DNA from: Enoplolaimus lenunculus
Lineage: Eukaryota
Direction: 5' to 3'
Assembly: GCA_030248215.1 (NCBI GenBank)
Contig: JASANG010001881.1
Coordinates: forward strand, 1 to 64,000
DNA length: 64,000 bases
Each line of letters begins with the position of its first letter. Positions within the stretch are counted from its first letter, which is position 1. Made by a program: the position numbers and the translations under genes. Positions 25,601-37,678 of this stretch are shown here, piece by piece. Below the pieces are notes generated by a model that was not told the origin of the DNA, searched no databases, and worked only from the letters and a program-made list of their open reading frames with translations.

Positions 25601-28600
25601 CAGTTTAAGTGTAAACATTCCTTGAGGGCAGAGGTGGAGCCAGGGAGGTTCCGGGCAGCGCTGTGGCTCCAGCTACCCCATATCCCACATTGGGGGCAGG
25701 GCGAGCAGCCGGGGGCCCGACTTAGCCGACCAACCTTTACGTCATCTCGCAAGGCAGGTAGGACGAGGGCCCTATTTTTGGGGTCTTTGCTCATGAATAA
25801 CTAACACAAAAAACAGTTTCGTCCGATTGGATGGCCTGTGCCTGGGTGGGCCCCCTTTGGATCCAGCCTCGTCAACATTACAGATTCAACCAGCTTTCAT
25901 ATATTTTAAACTACAGTTGTTAGATTTCAACAAAGCTTAAAAATTTATTGCCTTATCCTGAGTCAGGTGGTAAATCTTATGTCCAAACCAGGTAACCAGG
26001 CCTATTTATTTTTGCCAGAATCACCCTGCAAGTATAGCTGCATTATTTATCAAGGTACTACTATATTTGTGGCAACGTCTATTAGAAAAAGCATACCAAA
26101 GGCTTACATTAATGTGGTCATGTATTAAATAGATGTGTTCATATTCTCAAATGTATGTAGCACCTATTATCAGTTTGCGATCAGGTCGTGTAAATTTCAA
26201 ACCAGCCAATGAAGAAATTCAAAATTTGATCCAGGATGTATTGCAATTTTCACTGAAATTTACTTTTACGCCGAGTTTAACTTTTGTCACAGCGGCGGTT
26301 TGCTTGCTTGAAAACATACTACTGAATATTGGTAGTAGGTGCTATATACATTTGAGAATACGGACCCTTTCGGCGATGCCTAGATTGTCAAATGTGTGTA
26401 GTCGTATCAGCAACTGACCGTAATGGTTCCGCTATACTTGCCGCGCGCCGTTGGACGCCGCCGCGAACGGCTGCGCGCCGCTGTGCGCCGTTGTAAAACT
26501 TTTTATTTAAAATTACCGCACGCCGCCGTGTGGCAGCGCGAGTGGCGTACGGCGGCGTGCGGCGGCATGCAGCGACGCGCGGCGGCATGCGGCGGCGCGC
26601 GCCGGCGTCCGACTGAGCAAAATATAGCGCAACCCTTACTCGTATAATTTTTGAGCCAAACAGGAGTTATCTTTCAAATTTGGCGTAGTAAATCTCTTTA
26701 TGTTACCCTGGTTTCGGATACAACCGGAAGGCATGTCTACCTCCGCGTCTTGCAGAAAATCGAACTTTGGTTCCGGCAGCATTTTTGCCAAAAGTTCCGG
26801 CGATTTCGGAAGTGAAATTTATTGTATTTGAACAAACGTTAATGATATTCAGTAAAGTTTGTTTGAACCGTTAAGACAGTTGCAAGCATTGATTACTAAC
26901 ATTTCACGAAAACAAAGATCAAAAACAAATATCCGACAACAAGTCAATTTAGTTCCACATCCGGCTCCTCCGGCTTCGAAGAAAAAATTTGTTGACCTCC
27001 GGTTCCGGTTGCACCCTGCCTGTCTTACGCGTGCTAAGCCTAAGCCTACGCCTAAGTCTAAGCGTAAGAATGAGCCTATTCTGAAGCCTAAGCCAAGCCT
27101 AAATCTAAGCCTAAGCAAAAATTTAGTCTAAAGCTTAAACTGATTCTGTTCAGGGCCAGTCCTGAAAACGATCCGACCCTGTTCTATACATGAGCCCAGT
27201 TCAGAATGCGGTCAGCGGCTGCTACCATACCGAAAGAATCAATTATCAGCTCTACAGTTCATAAAAAAAGTTAACTTTTCTCTCAACTTTAATAATCTCA
27301 TTGTTGTGTTGGATAAAATCTTACAGAAAAAATCATTCAAATTTTCGGTTTAAAAATCAACTACGAACCGGAAACGGTCTCCTGGACGGTTTCAGTGGGT
27401 TTGGCTTGTACCCGGTAACAATAGCGTAGCTGTGAACAACACTTAATAGACATTGGGAGCGGGTCTATTCATTTGAATATTTATATTTGACGCAAGTATA
27501 TTTTGCTCCAGTATCAAATGGAAAAAACATTAATAAGGTTGCAATGAGAGAGCATTAGATAACCATAAGGGCCTGTAAATTAAGCCTAAACCTAAGATTG
27601 AACCTAAAAGAATAAGCCTAAATACAGGCTTAATCCTAAAACGTCTCAGGATATTATGTCCGCAGGTCTTTCTGTCTGCCAATGGGCAGGTCTCTGTAAC
27701 TTGGACCAGGACGTTTATCGAAGGATACCGTGCCGCCGCCGAAATTCGGGCAGGGATCAAACAAACGTGGTCCCCTGCACACGGTTTTGTAAGTTAATGC
27801 CTGTTTCTAAATAAAAAAGTAACATCAAAATTTGCTGAAAACTAAACGTAAACAGGTTATACTTTAGTTTCGGTTTATCGAATGTTTATTCGTCGTCAAC
27901 GTTAAAATTCGGGCACTCATATGATATCAAACGGACAGTCAAAAATCGAATACTGTTTCGGTTCTTCTACCCAAATGTTTGGGAAGGAACCATTATCAAT
28001 TGTAGGCCTGTGGCCTGTTGAGGGTGGCGGGGAGACAAATGTTGTGAAACGCAAAAATTGTACGGTAGCAACCTTATCATTTTATCACCAAAAATTTCTA
28101 ATGCAAAATTAGTGACATTATCATTTTCTACAAAACCTTTTCTGTGAGGAAAAATTGTAAGGTAGGGAGGTACCTTACCATTTAATCACAAAAAAATTTC
28201 GGAGGAATACGCCCGCCCCCTCTGTTCATCACCATAAAATATCTGATACGCCCCCCCAACACCCCTTATTTGGATCCGCTCGTGCCTGTTTCAACTGTTA
28301 TTTTGTTATAAATCAAATGCCAGTATTCTCAAATGTGTATAGCACCTATCGCCAAACAGAGGTGACCAAACGTCGCTGTTTCAACAACGGTACCTATTTC
28401 AAGTAAATAATCACAATGGTAACTATTACATTCAAGAAAATAAAAGATAAAAACGAATATTTAAGAGAATATAATAACATTAATGTGGTCTTTGTTTCAT
28501 GATTTACCGCTCTGTATAACCGTTATACTATTATCATAAGTGGCTTCAGTGTTTAAAAATGGATTACTATAATTCTGCAAGATTATGAAAAGAATAGGGG

Positions 28601-31600
28601 TGGAACAGTATTACAAGCATATTTCTAAGCCTAAGCCTAATCCTAACCCTAAGCGTAAGAATGAGCATATTCCTAAGCCTAAGCCTAAGCCTAAGCTAAA
28701 CACAAAAATTAGTCTAAATCTTAAGCTTACTCTATTGTAGTCCGACAGAAAAACGTTCCGCACCTGATCTTTACATGGGTCTGAACATAATCGTAATACA
28801 TTCTTGAACACTTTCCATTCACTTTAAGAGTTTGCCAGGTTCTATTCTAGCATAACTCTTTGATTACCGAATACACAAACCTAATTCTACCACAATCGTA
28901 GCCAGGAATTCGGTTCTAGAAGGTGATAATTAGGTTTGAAAAATTTGGTTGCAAGCCTAGCGAACCAGAAAAATTTTCTCGACCTTTGAAGGCTATTTTA
29001 TTGCATATGAATGTGGCTTATGCCGAATTGTTCAAGAAATTTCGGGTGGGTAAGTGCCACCATTCGCCCCTTGTATACACCGCTGAATTCCACTGAAATA
29101 GAAACAAACTGAGAGATAGCGGTGGATCCAAAAATTTCTGACGAGGGTCGCAGGATGGCTAAAGTTAAGAAACGCAATTTTTACTGCATGCTAGATATGT
29201 AAAAATTTCCGAAGTGGAAAAATTATAAGAGGGCATCATGATTTTATTACAAAAATTTTCTGACAGGGGCGTACGCCCCCTTTGTTCTTGATCCGCCAAG
29301 CGCTGGGAGACAACAAATTCCTTAGACTCTACGATAGTTTCGCTCCCGTCCCGCCAGGGCTCATATTTATTCATTGGTTCTTTGTTATGTTTACCTTCAC
29401 AAATAAATTAGCTTATTTCTCGAAGTGCATTTGTTGCATTTTGCCTGTACAAAATACCTTTTTAACTCGGACGTTTTATTAAGAATTTTAATTTAAAATC
29501 AAAACAAACGGTATACAGATCCAAGATTTATCGTTGGAACCAGTTTACTGGTATTGCGCCTAAGCCTAAACGTTGTAAAACTTGTGTTCCTAAGCCTAAA
29601 CCTATGACTAAGCAAAAATTGTAGTTTAGAATCTAAAGCTACTCTTTTATAGACCCGCCAGAATCCTGGACGCCCCTAATAGTAACATGGGCCAAAAATA
29701 TATACCGGAAGGCGACGGCAGAGATGAGTCCAACGACTGATCCGGCCGTGCTGGACATTTTGCAACGGAAATGGTTCATCTGAAGCATACAGTGTGTTTT
29801 CTAGACAAATCGTTTAAAAAATTTCGCGTGGGGGTTACATACACCAAAAATAAAATCGTTGCCCCATCAATGCAATTAGTAAATATCTTAAAATCCCCCC
29901 AAAACATGCTATAAAATGCGTCGCCAATATTACTTTGAAGGGCGTAACAGTAGATTAAGCGTATACCTAAGCCTAAGCCTAAGCGTTGCAAAAATGAGTT
30001 CCTAAACCTAAGCTTAAGCGTTGTAAAAGCGTATTCTTTAGCCTAACTTAAGCGTTGCAAAAGCGTATTCCTAAGCCTAAACCCTAAGCCTAAGCGTTAC
30101 AAGAATGTGTTCCTAAGCCTAAGCCTAAGCAAAAAATGTAATCTACAATCTAAAGCTACTTTTTCCATAAACCCACCAGAAACCTGGACACCGCTTAAAG
30201 TAACATGGGCCAGGTTCGTTTGAGAACTGAAACATTTTGGAAAACAAAATTTAAAATGACGTTTGCGTCCACATTTTTTATGAAAATAGCAAACCTGGTT
30301 GAAAGAGTTCATTAATATGACGTCATTGCTTTTGACAATTTAATGCGTTAAGGCGCTGGGTGGAGCTGTTCGGGTAGTAGCGCACCGTCGTGTCGCACGA
30401 CAAGATTAGAACCACCCATAGAGGCTTATAACAATTTCAATTAGGGGCCTATGTAGTGAACAGGGCTGGAACATTAGTATAAGCATATTCCGAAGCTTAA
30501 GCCTAAGCCTAAAGCCAAATCACAAAACTTAATCTAAAGCTTAAACTGACTCCATTACAGCCGCGAACCGTCCGTGTTCTATACATGGGTCTACTTAGCT
30601 ATCTCTCCATAAACACATACCATTTGGTTATCATTCGACTTAATCCGAGTGATAATTTCAGTCTACGAAAGAGTTGTTATTTCTTTATTTTAAAATTGGA
30701 AATATTTAAAATTCAAAAAAATGACTAAAGTGTAAATTGACTCAAATTTATACTCTTAGCTACTAAGATAAGACACTGCTTAACAACGGTAATACATAAC
30801 AACAAAAAGCCAACACTTGTGTTTGATTTCAAAGTATGCTACCATCCGGAACTATTCTAATAAACGGATTAACACCGACAGGGGTGAATACAAGGGGATA
30901 ATTGGGACATATCCCCTTCCGGAAACTTTTCGATAAACAAGAACATAGCTGTAAAGTTTTCACGTCTATTGGCAAAACAACTTGTAGATAAAAGGTTACC
31001 ACCCCCTCATAAGCGGAATTTTTGGCTCTGTAGCCAGCTTAACATGGTAGTGAGGGGCGAAAAGTTTTATGTGGGGTATAAAGAGATTTTACGTTATTTA
31101 CAATCGGAACTACGCCTATTCTTGGGGGGTGGGTGCAATCTTTCTCGGAAGGCAGTCCCCCCCGCTGCCATCGGCTGCGTTCGCGCCTGCGTTAACAGTG
31201 TATATTGAAAACTAAGACATATACAACGAGGGCTAAAGGGAATAAGCCATGAAGTAAACTGTTAACAAAAAGAAATTATGACGGTGGGAGCCGTTGGCAA
31301 CGCGAAACGGGAACCCCCTCGCCAAGTTGAGCGTATGAAGCTGCTAAAGATGGACATACTGAGCGATATCAAAGTAACAAGCAATGTTTTGTCTAACAGG
31401 AGGGCCCAACGTAGCTACGGATTCAGGATTTTGTAGGAAGGGATCCGAGGTAGGCATGCCCCTCCTGAAAAGTTTTCAGCCCCACCGCCTTAGCAAGGCA
31501 AGCTGGATACGGATCTGGCTATGTCCTAGCATTAGTCTAAATATTCCATAATCTAACGCAGAGACTAAAATTTTATTTCAATATTTGCAACTTCGTAGAC

Positions 31601-34600
31601 ATCCGCATACTGAAATCTTATACACATAAAATTGCATAAATTGCAAGCAACCAAACTGAATCGCATCTGTTCCACCAGCGCAGTTTGTAATAAAAAAATT
31701 AAACAAAAATAAAATAAAAAATATAAAAAAGAAAAATATTAACAAATATAAAACGAAAAAACATGCCTTACGGTCACAGAAACCGAGTTATAAACAACTT
31801 AAATAAATACTCTAAAACCAAGCTTATCTCGTATAATGTATAGAACAGGCCTGTAACAGTAACATAAACATATTTCTAAGCCTAAGATTAAGCGTCCACA
31901 CTGCAAAAAATGATGAGTCAAATTGATTCTCTCCGAAATAGGCTTTACGGGACTAGACAAACTGAGTCAAATTCGGCTCCGCCAGATTCAAACGTGCGAT
32001 TCAGTGAGTCAAATTTGACTGTGGCGCTGTCGAATTTGACTCAGTTTGTGTAGTCCCGTAGAGCCTATTTCGGAGAGAGTCAATTTGACTCACCATTTTT
32101 TGCAGTATGCAACCAAAACCTAAGCAAAAAAGTTTCTGCGTGTTGTATTTAGTGTCAAGTTGTTGCTTCAAGGATTAGCTTGCGAATAATTGCAATTATT
32201 GAATTTAGCGGTTCGATTTTTTAATTTAAAAATTCATTTTTTCCAATTAAAAAATTCAATGTTTGAATTTAAAAAATTCAAGTTTTCAAAATAAGAACTC
32301 AATTTTAAAAATTCAATTTTACAACTTACAAAATTTAACTTTTCAATTTAAAAATTCAAATTTTCAACTTAAAAAAATTCAATTTTTCAAATTAAAAAAT
32401 ACAATTTTTCAATTTATAGAGTTTAATTTTTCAATTGCAATTAAAAATAAACTTAATAAAATGCGTATGGGCAAAAATGTGCATCAGTTCGTGTACAAGA
32501 CAATAACAAAACAACAAAAAGTCACTACGAACACATAAATAAAAAACAATGCAAAAAATCGGCTCCAGTGCCAGGATTACGGCTGATGCCCACGGACCCC
32601 AAGGCCTTTGATGATCAACCGAACAAGGCAAAATGTACCTGTAGTTGACCCAAACCGTTCCATTCGGAAATATCAGCAGAAAAATGTTTGGCGTTGGCGA
32701 TGAATGAATCTCAGACTTACGACTGTTCGCTAAACAGACGTTCGGGATCCAAATTCGATCGACCATTTTGTAGCCAAGGGTGAAATTTTCAATACAATGA
32801 GTCATGTAATCATAGCGAAGGCCGCGGTCTTGCCAGATTTGACTGAATAAAACGTCAACTGAAAATGTTCGCCGAATTTCGCTCATATCTGAAGACACAA
32901 CTCGAGAGCTTTGTTTTACTCAGTTGAGTTCAACTTGTTTATGCGAGTAAAAGTTGAGCCAAAATCATAATGCCGGCCAATGTATAGAACACGGCCACAA
33001 CAGTAGTATGCACAATATTAATTGTCTTGCAATTCTAAAATAGCCACTTTCGTAACTTCTCAAGACATAATAGCCTTAAACTGCTCAGAAATTAATGTCT
33101 GAAATCGTTTGAACAAAAATGTGTTATATTTAAGAAATTACTGTTGCCAATTTATAAGACATATTTTTTCGGCCCATATATAGAACAGGGCCGGAACAGT
33201 AGTGTAAGCATATTCTTAAGCCTAAGCCTAAACCTAAACCTAAGCCTAAGCGTGTGGATGAGCGTATTCCTAAGCCTAAGCCTAAGCAAAAAGGATAGTC
33301 TAAAGCTTGACCAGGCCCTCTTGTATACATCGGTCATAATGCCTATATTACGTATGGTGGACATTCTAGCTTCATTTTATGTAATGCGGTATTGTAAACA
33401 TATACACAAACACTGCAAACCCGTACACTAGAGAATCCAGAGAAGGGTGTGGATAGTACACCCCCGTCAGAAAATATTTTAGTCATATCTTACTCGACAT
33501 CGTATATCGGAGCCTAACCCCAAAGCCTAAACCTAAGTAAGATAACCTCAGTCAACATCAAAGACTACGCAGTGTCTCGCGAACTTAGGAACGTCGGCCG
33601 AACAACGGCTCGGCGTTGGAAGACAGAGGCAACGTCACTGGGGCTAAATCTAATTTTTATGGATGCGGGTTTGAACGGAAGATCATGCGTTTTCTTAGCT
33701 CGCTCTCTCGTCAAATTTAATAATTACTACCCATGTAGCGTATGCTTAGACCGTGTCGGCAATATTAATATTGTAGGAAAAACAAACCTATTTTTAATCT
33801 AGACGGTCGTTTAGATTTCGGACCAATACCAGGTCACCCTAAGTACGGTCTTGAAACCATGCCTGAACCTAAAGACCACGCCTAGGCATGAGTACAATGT
33901 CGGCCAATGTAAAGAACAGGGGCGGAACAGTGTTATAAACATATTCCTAAGCCTAAACCTAAGCCTAAGCCTAAGCCAAGCAAAAAAGGAGTGTAAAGCT
34001 TAAGCTCACTATTTTCTAGCCCCACAAAAAAGGTTACGCTCCTGATCTTTACATTGGACCAATGTCTAAGCCTAAACCTTTTACTAAAACAGCATTTAAA
34101 GAAATTTCGATTTGGAAAAATTATGCTTGCACCCTCTGGAAATGTTTTTGCCAGTATCAACTACTGGTTCTACAAGCTAATCTTAATTCTAAACCTATTT
34201 TAACAGTTAGCCTAAATCGCATTTTTAAATTGAGGCTCTATAAAGCAGATTATTTTTAGGTTAACTGATTTTTCGCTCACCTAAACGAAATTAGGCTTAA
34301 TTTTTGTTCTCAGAACATACCAAGGAAACTTTCACGAACTAATTCAATCTTATTTACTAGCGGTTTCAGAGGGGGGCAGTAATGACGTATGACCCTCTGT
34401 TAAATAATTTTTTTGTGATAAAATGAAAAGGTGCGTGCCTTGCATTTTTCTCACTGAAAAGATTCGCACATGTATAGCATACAAGTAAAAATTGCGTTTC
34501 ATTAACTTTTGCTGGTTTGCACCCCTATAAATATCTGGATCCGCCGCTAATCTGGTTACTATTCTTACACTGCAACAAATGGTGAGTCAAATTGACTCTC

Positions 34601-35112
34601 TCGGAAATAGGCTTTTTCTGACTACACAAACTGAGTCAAATTCGAACTCCACCAGAGTCGAATTCTGTTCACTATGTCGCACGTTTGACTCTGGCGGAGT
34701 CGAATTCTAACTCAGTTGTGTAGTCAGGAAAAGCACATTTCCGAGAGAGTCAATTTTACTCACCATTTTTGACAGTGTACTTACCTGAAAAATCCTGAAC
34801 CAACATATCAATGACAACATTGACGCCCTGTCCTCGCGGGGGTATACTTGGATCGTAGGTTTCAAAAATTCGCTTAATAACCAACTGCGCCAAAGTGTCG
34901 TTGTTCCCGGTGCAAGATCCGTTTTGTTTTTGCAACGCTGCAATTGCATCTTCATAACGTGCGGCCATTTGATTTGCTTGCGTTTGCGATAACAACAATG
35001 ACGTAATGTTTATGACGTTTTGTGCCGTCATCTTGTGACACAGCAATGACGTCATTGTTGTTATTAACATGCAGCAGCTGTGAGAAAATATTATTGACCG
35101 ATAACGTAACAT
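11407..35112 (-). CDS. Cys-loop ligand-gated chloride channel subunit, ACC/LGC-46/47-like. Isoform A: join(35112-34785, 32888-32639, 16630-16528, 15736-15622, 14718-14566, 13994-13669, 12276-11407), 714 aa
   Basis: Exon lengths sum to 2145 nt with matching phases. Motifs: loop D FSQIW, loop A RIWIPNVC, Cys-loop [15 protein letters not shown], loop C YLYPAGMWDQL, M1, M2 [21 protein letters not shown] (PAR anion motif), [14 protein letters not shown]4 [23 protein letters not shown]. Family assignment is by motif recognition only. Confidence 0.85.
13669..13994 (-). CDS. LGIC shared exon (M2 C-half, M2-M3 loop, M3, start of intracellular loop)
   Basis: TTTTTCCAG|GC acceptor; [30 protein letters not shown]; donor CAA|GTATGC. 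Confidence 0.92.
14314..14445. repeat. (TA)n microsatellite in LGIC intron
   Basis: Seen directly in the sequence. Confidence 0.95.
14566..14718 (-). CDS. LGIC shared exon (end of loop C, M1, PAR motif)
   Basis: ATTTCAG|GA acceptor; MWDQL...[14 protein letters not shown]...[18 protein letters not shown]; donor G|GTAAAG. Confidence 0.93.
14952..15317 (-). mobile_element. Merlin-like telomere-repeat MITE, subfamily 2 (GGCCMATGTTACTTT TIR) with internal tandem units
   Basis: TIRs GGCCCATGTTACTTTCAGGGGCGT / ACGTCCCTTAAAGTAACATTGGCC; TSD GGACAGTT/AGACAGTT; repeated TTGCAACGC(TTAGGC)n units. Confidence 0.8.
15622..15736 (-). CDS. LGIC shared exon (loop F to loop C), with non-canonical CG acceptor
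   Basis: Translates [38 protein letters not shown], exactly filling the gap between the flanking exons (phase 0 in, phase 1 out). Donor G|GTAAGC; acceptor reads TTTCCG. Confidence 0.85.
16065..16245 (+). mobile_element. Merlin-like telomere-repeat MITE
   Basis: Family termini and CCTAAG core; degenerate TSD. Confidence 0.7.
16528..16630 (-). CDS. LGIC shared Cys-loop exon
   Basis: TTTTTCAG|G acceptor; [34 protein letters not shown]; donor AAG|GTATGT. Confidence 0.93.
17907..18655 (-). CDS. LGIC N-terminal module B (signal-like segment and N-terminal half of the ECD)
   Basis: Lies within ORF 17903-18673; YNPDTTP...[15 protein letters not shown]...[13 protein letters not shown]...[10 protein letters not shown]; donor CG|GTAAGT; in-frame acceptor TTTAAG|GCA. 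Confidence 0.88.
19543..19623 (-). CDS. Candidate first coding exon of module B ([27 protein letters not shown])
   Basis: ATG in AAAAT-ATG context, TTTCAG about 45 nt upstream (19672-19667), phase-0 donor CAG|GTATTG matching the phase-0 acceptor at 18655. Module B has no in-frame ATG ahead of its hydrophobic segment. Confidence 0.45.
21366..21575 (+). mobile_element. Merlin-like telomere-repeat MITE
   Basis: Family TIRs; TSD TTGGTTTC/TTGTTTTC (7/8). Confidence 0.75.
24036..24313. mobile_element. PIF/Harbinger-like MITE (GCTGCAAG-rich family; related copies at 35370-35643, about 22884-23070 and about 13200-13430)
   Basis: TTA|AGCCCCATTCCACACGTGCAA ... TTGCACGTGTGAATAGAGCT|TTA. Confidence 0.7.
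29922..30211 (+). mobile_element. Merlin-like telomere-repeat MITE, subfamily 2
   Basis: Matches 14952-15317 and 36126-36268; ends TAAAGTAACATGGGCC. Confidence 0.7.
31898..32107. mobile_element. CACTG-terminal palindromic MITE (also 25153-25298, 34568-34777, partial near 3294)
   Basis: Long inverted arms CACTGCAAAAAATG.TGAGTCAAATTGA...AAACTGAGTCAAATTCG. Confidence 0.75.
32639..32888 (-). CDS. LGIC module A exon 2 (loops D, A, E)
   Basis: CTTCAG|AT acceptor; [25 protein letters not shown]...[12 protein letters not shown]...[10 protein letters not shown]; donor AG|GTACAT (phase 2). Confidence 0.88.
34568..34777. mobile_element. CACTG-terminal palindromic MITE abutting the module A donor site
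   Basis: TA|CACTG...CAGTG|TA with about 90-bp inverted arms. Confidence 0.8.
34785..35112 (-). CDS. LGIC module A exon 1 (signal peptide and alpha-1 helix)
   Basis: TTTTTAG 11 nt before ATG ([25 protein letters not shown]...); [28 protein letters not shown]; donor G|GTAAGT (phase 1) matches exon 32888. Confidence 0.82.
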
Positions 35113-36125
35113 GATTAATAAACCTAAAAATGACGCTAGTGCTCTTGTGTATACCATTTCCTCAATATTTAAATAAAGGCTTAGGCTTAGGGTTAGGCCC
35201 ACACAATTTCAAGAAACGTCTTAATTTTCAAAAGATAAGTTTCCCAAATAAATCGTAAACATAAAAAACATAACATCAATTGTTTGGAAACTTAACCCAA
35301 AACCATTACCTTAACGAGTAAACATTAATAAATCGTAAACTATATTTGAACATCCTCAGGTCCGCGTAAAGCCGCATTCACATGTGCAAGTTTCTGCAGC
35401 GCAAAATACTTGCTGCTGCAAGTATTTTCAAAGGAACATTCCGATTGACCAATCAAACCTCAGGTGCAAGAAATTCAATCGACTTGCAAGTGCGTTCACA
35501 GATGCGAGGTAACGTAGCATGAATTCCAGTGAATAATTTACAGCTGCAAGAACTTCACAGCTGCTTTCTGACCAAACTTACGCATGCAAGTTGCTCGTGC
35601 AAGTTTTCGCAGCAAAAAGTTTCTTCACGTGTGAATTTCGGCTTTAGCGAGTTTTAAACTTAAGATTTATAATTTGTAAAAACGTTTAAAAATAATCTTC
35701 CCTGGTCAAACGAGAAATTAAGTGTTTATTTATAAAATTAGCAAATACTTTGCTGTGAAACTCAACCAATTAAAGACAGAGCGGTTATGTTTGCTGAAAA
35801 ATTAAACTTCACATTAAACGCACGCAAACTTTCGTCTTTCGTCGGCGAATAGTTTTTGATCAATGATGATTTTACAATTTCAAACGATTTATTAGAAATT
35901 TTAAATTTTAACCATTTTTTGTCGAGTTTGTCAAATTTTTTAGACTCAAAATTTATGCCGTATAAGGCAGATGGAGGTGTTCTCTTCTTGAAATTTCACT
36001 TCCACCCACACAACTAAAATATGGGGGGTGAGATGTCAGCATATCCAAGTGATTTTCAGAAGCAAATATGCAAAACTTAAACAAATCATACCCGTTTTTA
36101 GAAAAAAAACAAGTAAAGGTCTTAG

Positions 36126-36268
36126 GGCCCATGTTACTTTAAGGGGCGTCCAGGTTTCTGGTGTGTCCATAAAAGAGTAGGTTTAGATTTTAGATTACAT
36201 TTTTTGCTTAAGCTTAGGCTTAGCAATACGCTTAATCTACTGTTACGCCCGTTAAAGTAACATTGGCC
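36126..36268 (-). mobile_element. Merlin-like MITE subfamily 2 (minimal copy)
   Basis: TIRs GGCCCATGTTACTTTAAGGGGCGT / ACGCCCGTTAAAGTAACATTGGCC; TSD GGTCTTAG/GGTCTCAG. Confidence 0.78.
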
Positions 36269-37359
36269 GGTCTCAGTATCGTTTCGAAAAAATTTTCGAC
36301 AATCATCACTGACTTTATGTAAGCAGGAGGGTTTGAAATGCTGAGTTTGACTATGCTGTCGCCTTCTCAGCGTAAACATGGACCAACACAGCGATAAAAT
36401 ACAGCCCAAACTAAATTATCTACAGGGTTTTCAAATATTTTCGTTTTAGTTTGTCGGCACAGGCTTGTGTTACCGCAGCGAAAATATGCTAATTTTAAGT
36501 GTAACAAAAACGTGCCCTGAGTATATCTAAAAGGCAACAATATACAGCTAACGAGAGATGTTTTTCAAGGTTTCAGCGGTAGATCCAGAAATTTCTGACC
36601 GGCCCAAGGGTGGCAAGCGAGTTAAAATAGCGAAAAAAGAGCGTCGTAAAGGATGGATCAACCGTAGTTTCAGTTGTCTAAATCTATTATGAAATTTTGG
36701 TCATGATCCCTGTGGGAAGGCACGCAGGTCCAAGTGGTTCACCAATGGGTCCGAGTTGCTAGTTATTGGGCACATGGCTTAGGCGTAGGTACCTTTTACT
36801 GCGCATAAACAGTTTGAACTGTAAACTTTTTAACCACAGGCTAAGCATTACACTGGCGAGTGTTCGTGCTTTGAAGAGTTAATCTTGTCTTAGGACTGGA
36901 CCCATGTTTTCAGCTGGCTCCGAACGGGATTTTGACGCTCAAGCCTAAGCCTAAACCTGAAATACCAAACCAAATCGAGTGCAAATGGTTCTTGTTTAGG
37001 TTACCTTTTTCAACGACAATTGAACGTTTGTTGAGCATGGATTCCGTGCCGGATCCAGAAATTTCTGAAAGACACGCGCGAGATATAATAGTGGAAGTAT
37101 AAACTCGTGAGCTAAAAGCGAACAAGAAGTCAAACGTCCAGTTTAGTGCTAAATCTTTTACAAAATTTTAGTTTTCATTCCTGCTTTGGGGTTCGAGCGT
37201 GAGCCGGGGTTCCCCAATTTAGATCTGTCATTGTATGGTAGTTCCTTAATAGCAGCGCGGATGTTGTATTTCGATAGACGAGTAGTAATAATACAAACTT
37301 TTTAACTCCAGAGAACACCTGATTCATATCCTAACCATTTAATATTGATTGTAAATTTT

Positions 37360-37678
37360 GGCCAATGTCAGGAACAGGGGCGGAACTGTATGCATATTCC
37401 TTATCCTAAGTTTAAGCCAAAGCCTAAGCCTAAGCGTAAGAATGAGCATAATCATAAAGCCTAAGCCTTAGCCTAAGCCCAACCTAAGCTTAAGAATGAG
37501 CATAATCCTAAGGCTAAGCCTTAGCATAAGCCTAATATAAGCTTAAGAATGAGCATCAATCGTAAACCTAATCTTTAGCCTAAGCCTATTAAGTTAAGCA
37601 AAAAATTAGCCTGAAGCTTAAGCTTACTCTATTTTAGTCTCAATGAATAACTCTCCGGCCCGTATCTTAACATGAGCC
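37360..37678 (+). mobile_element. Merlin-like telomere-repeat MITE with three internal units
   Basis: Family termini; repeated AAGAATGAGCAT units. Confidence 0.7.

Noticed and set aside
26388..26647. R/A-rich ORFs in GC-rich patches (also 40468-40741 and 50220-50400)
   Set aside because: These are GCCGC-rich interiors of a dispersed TTA/TAA-flanked repeat family, not coding sequence.
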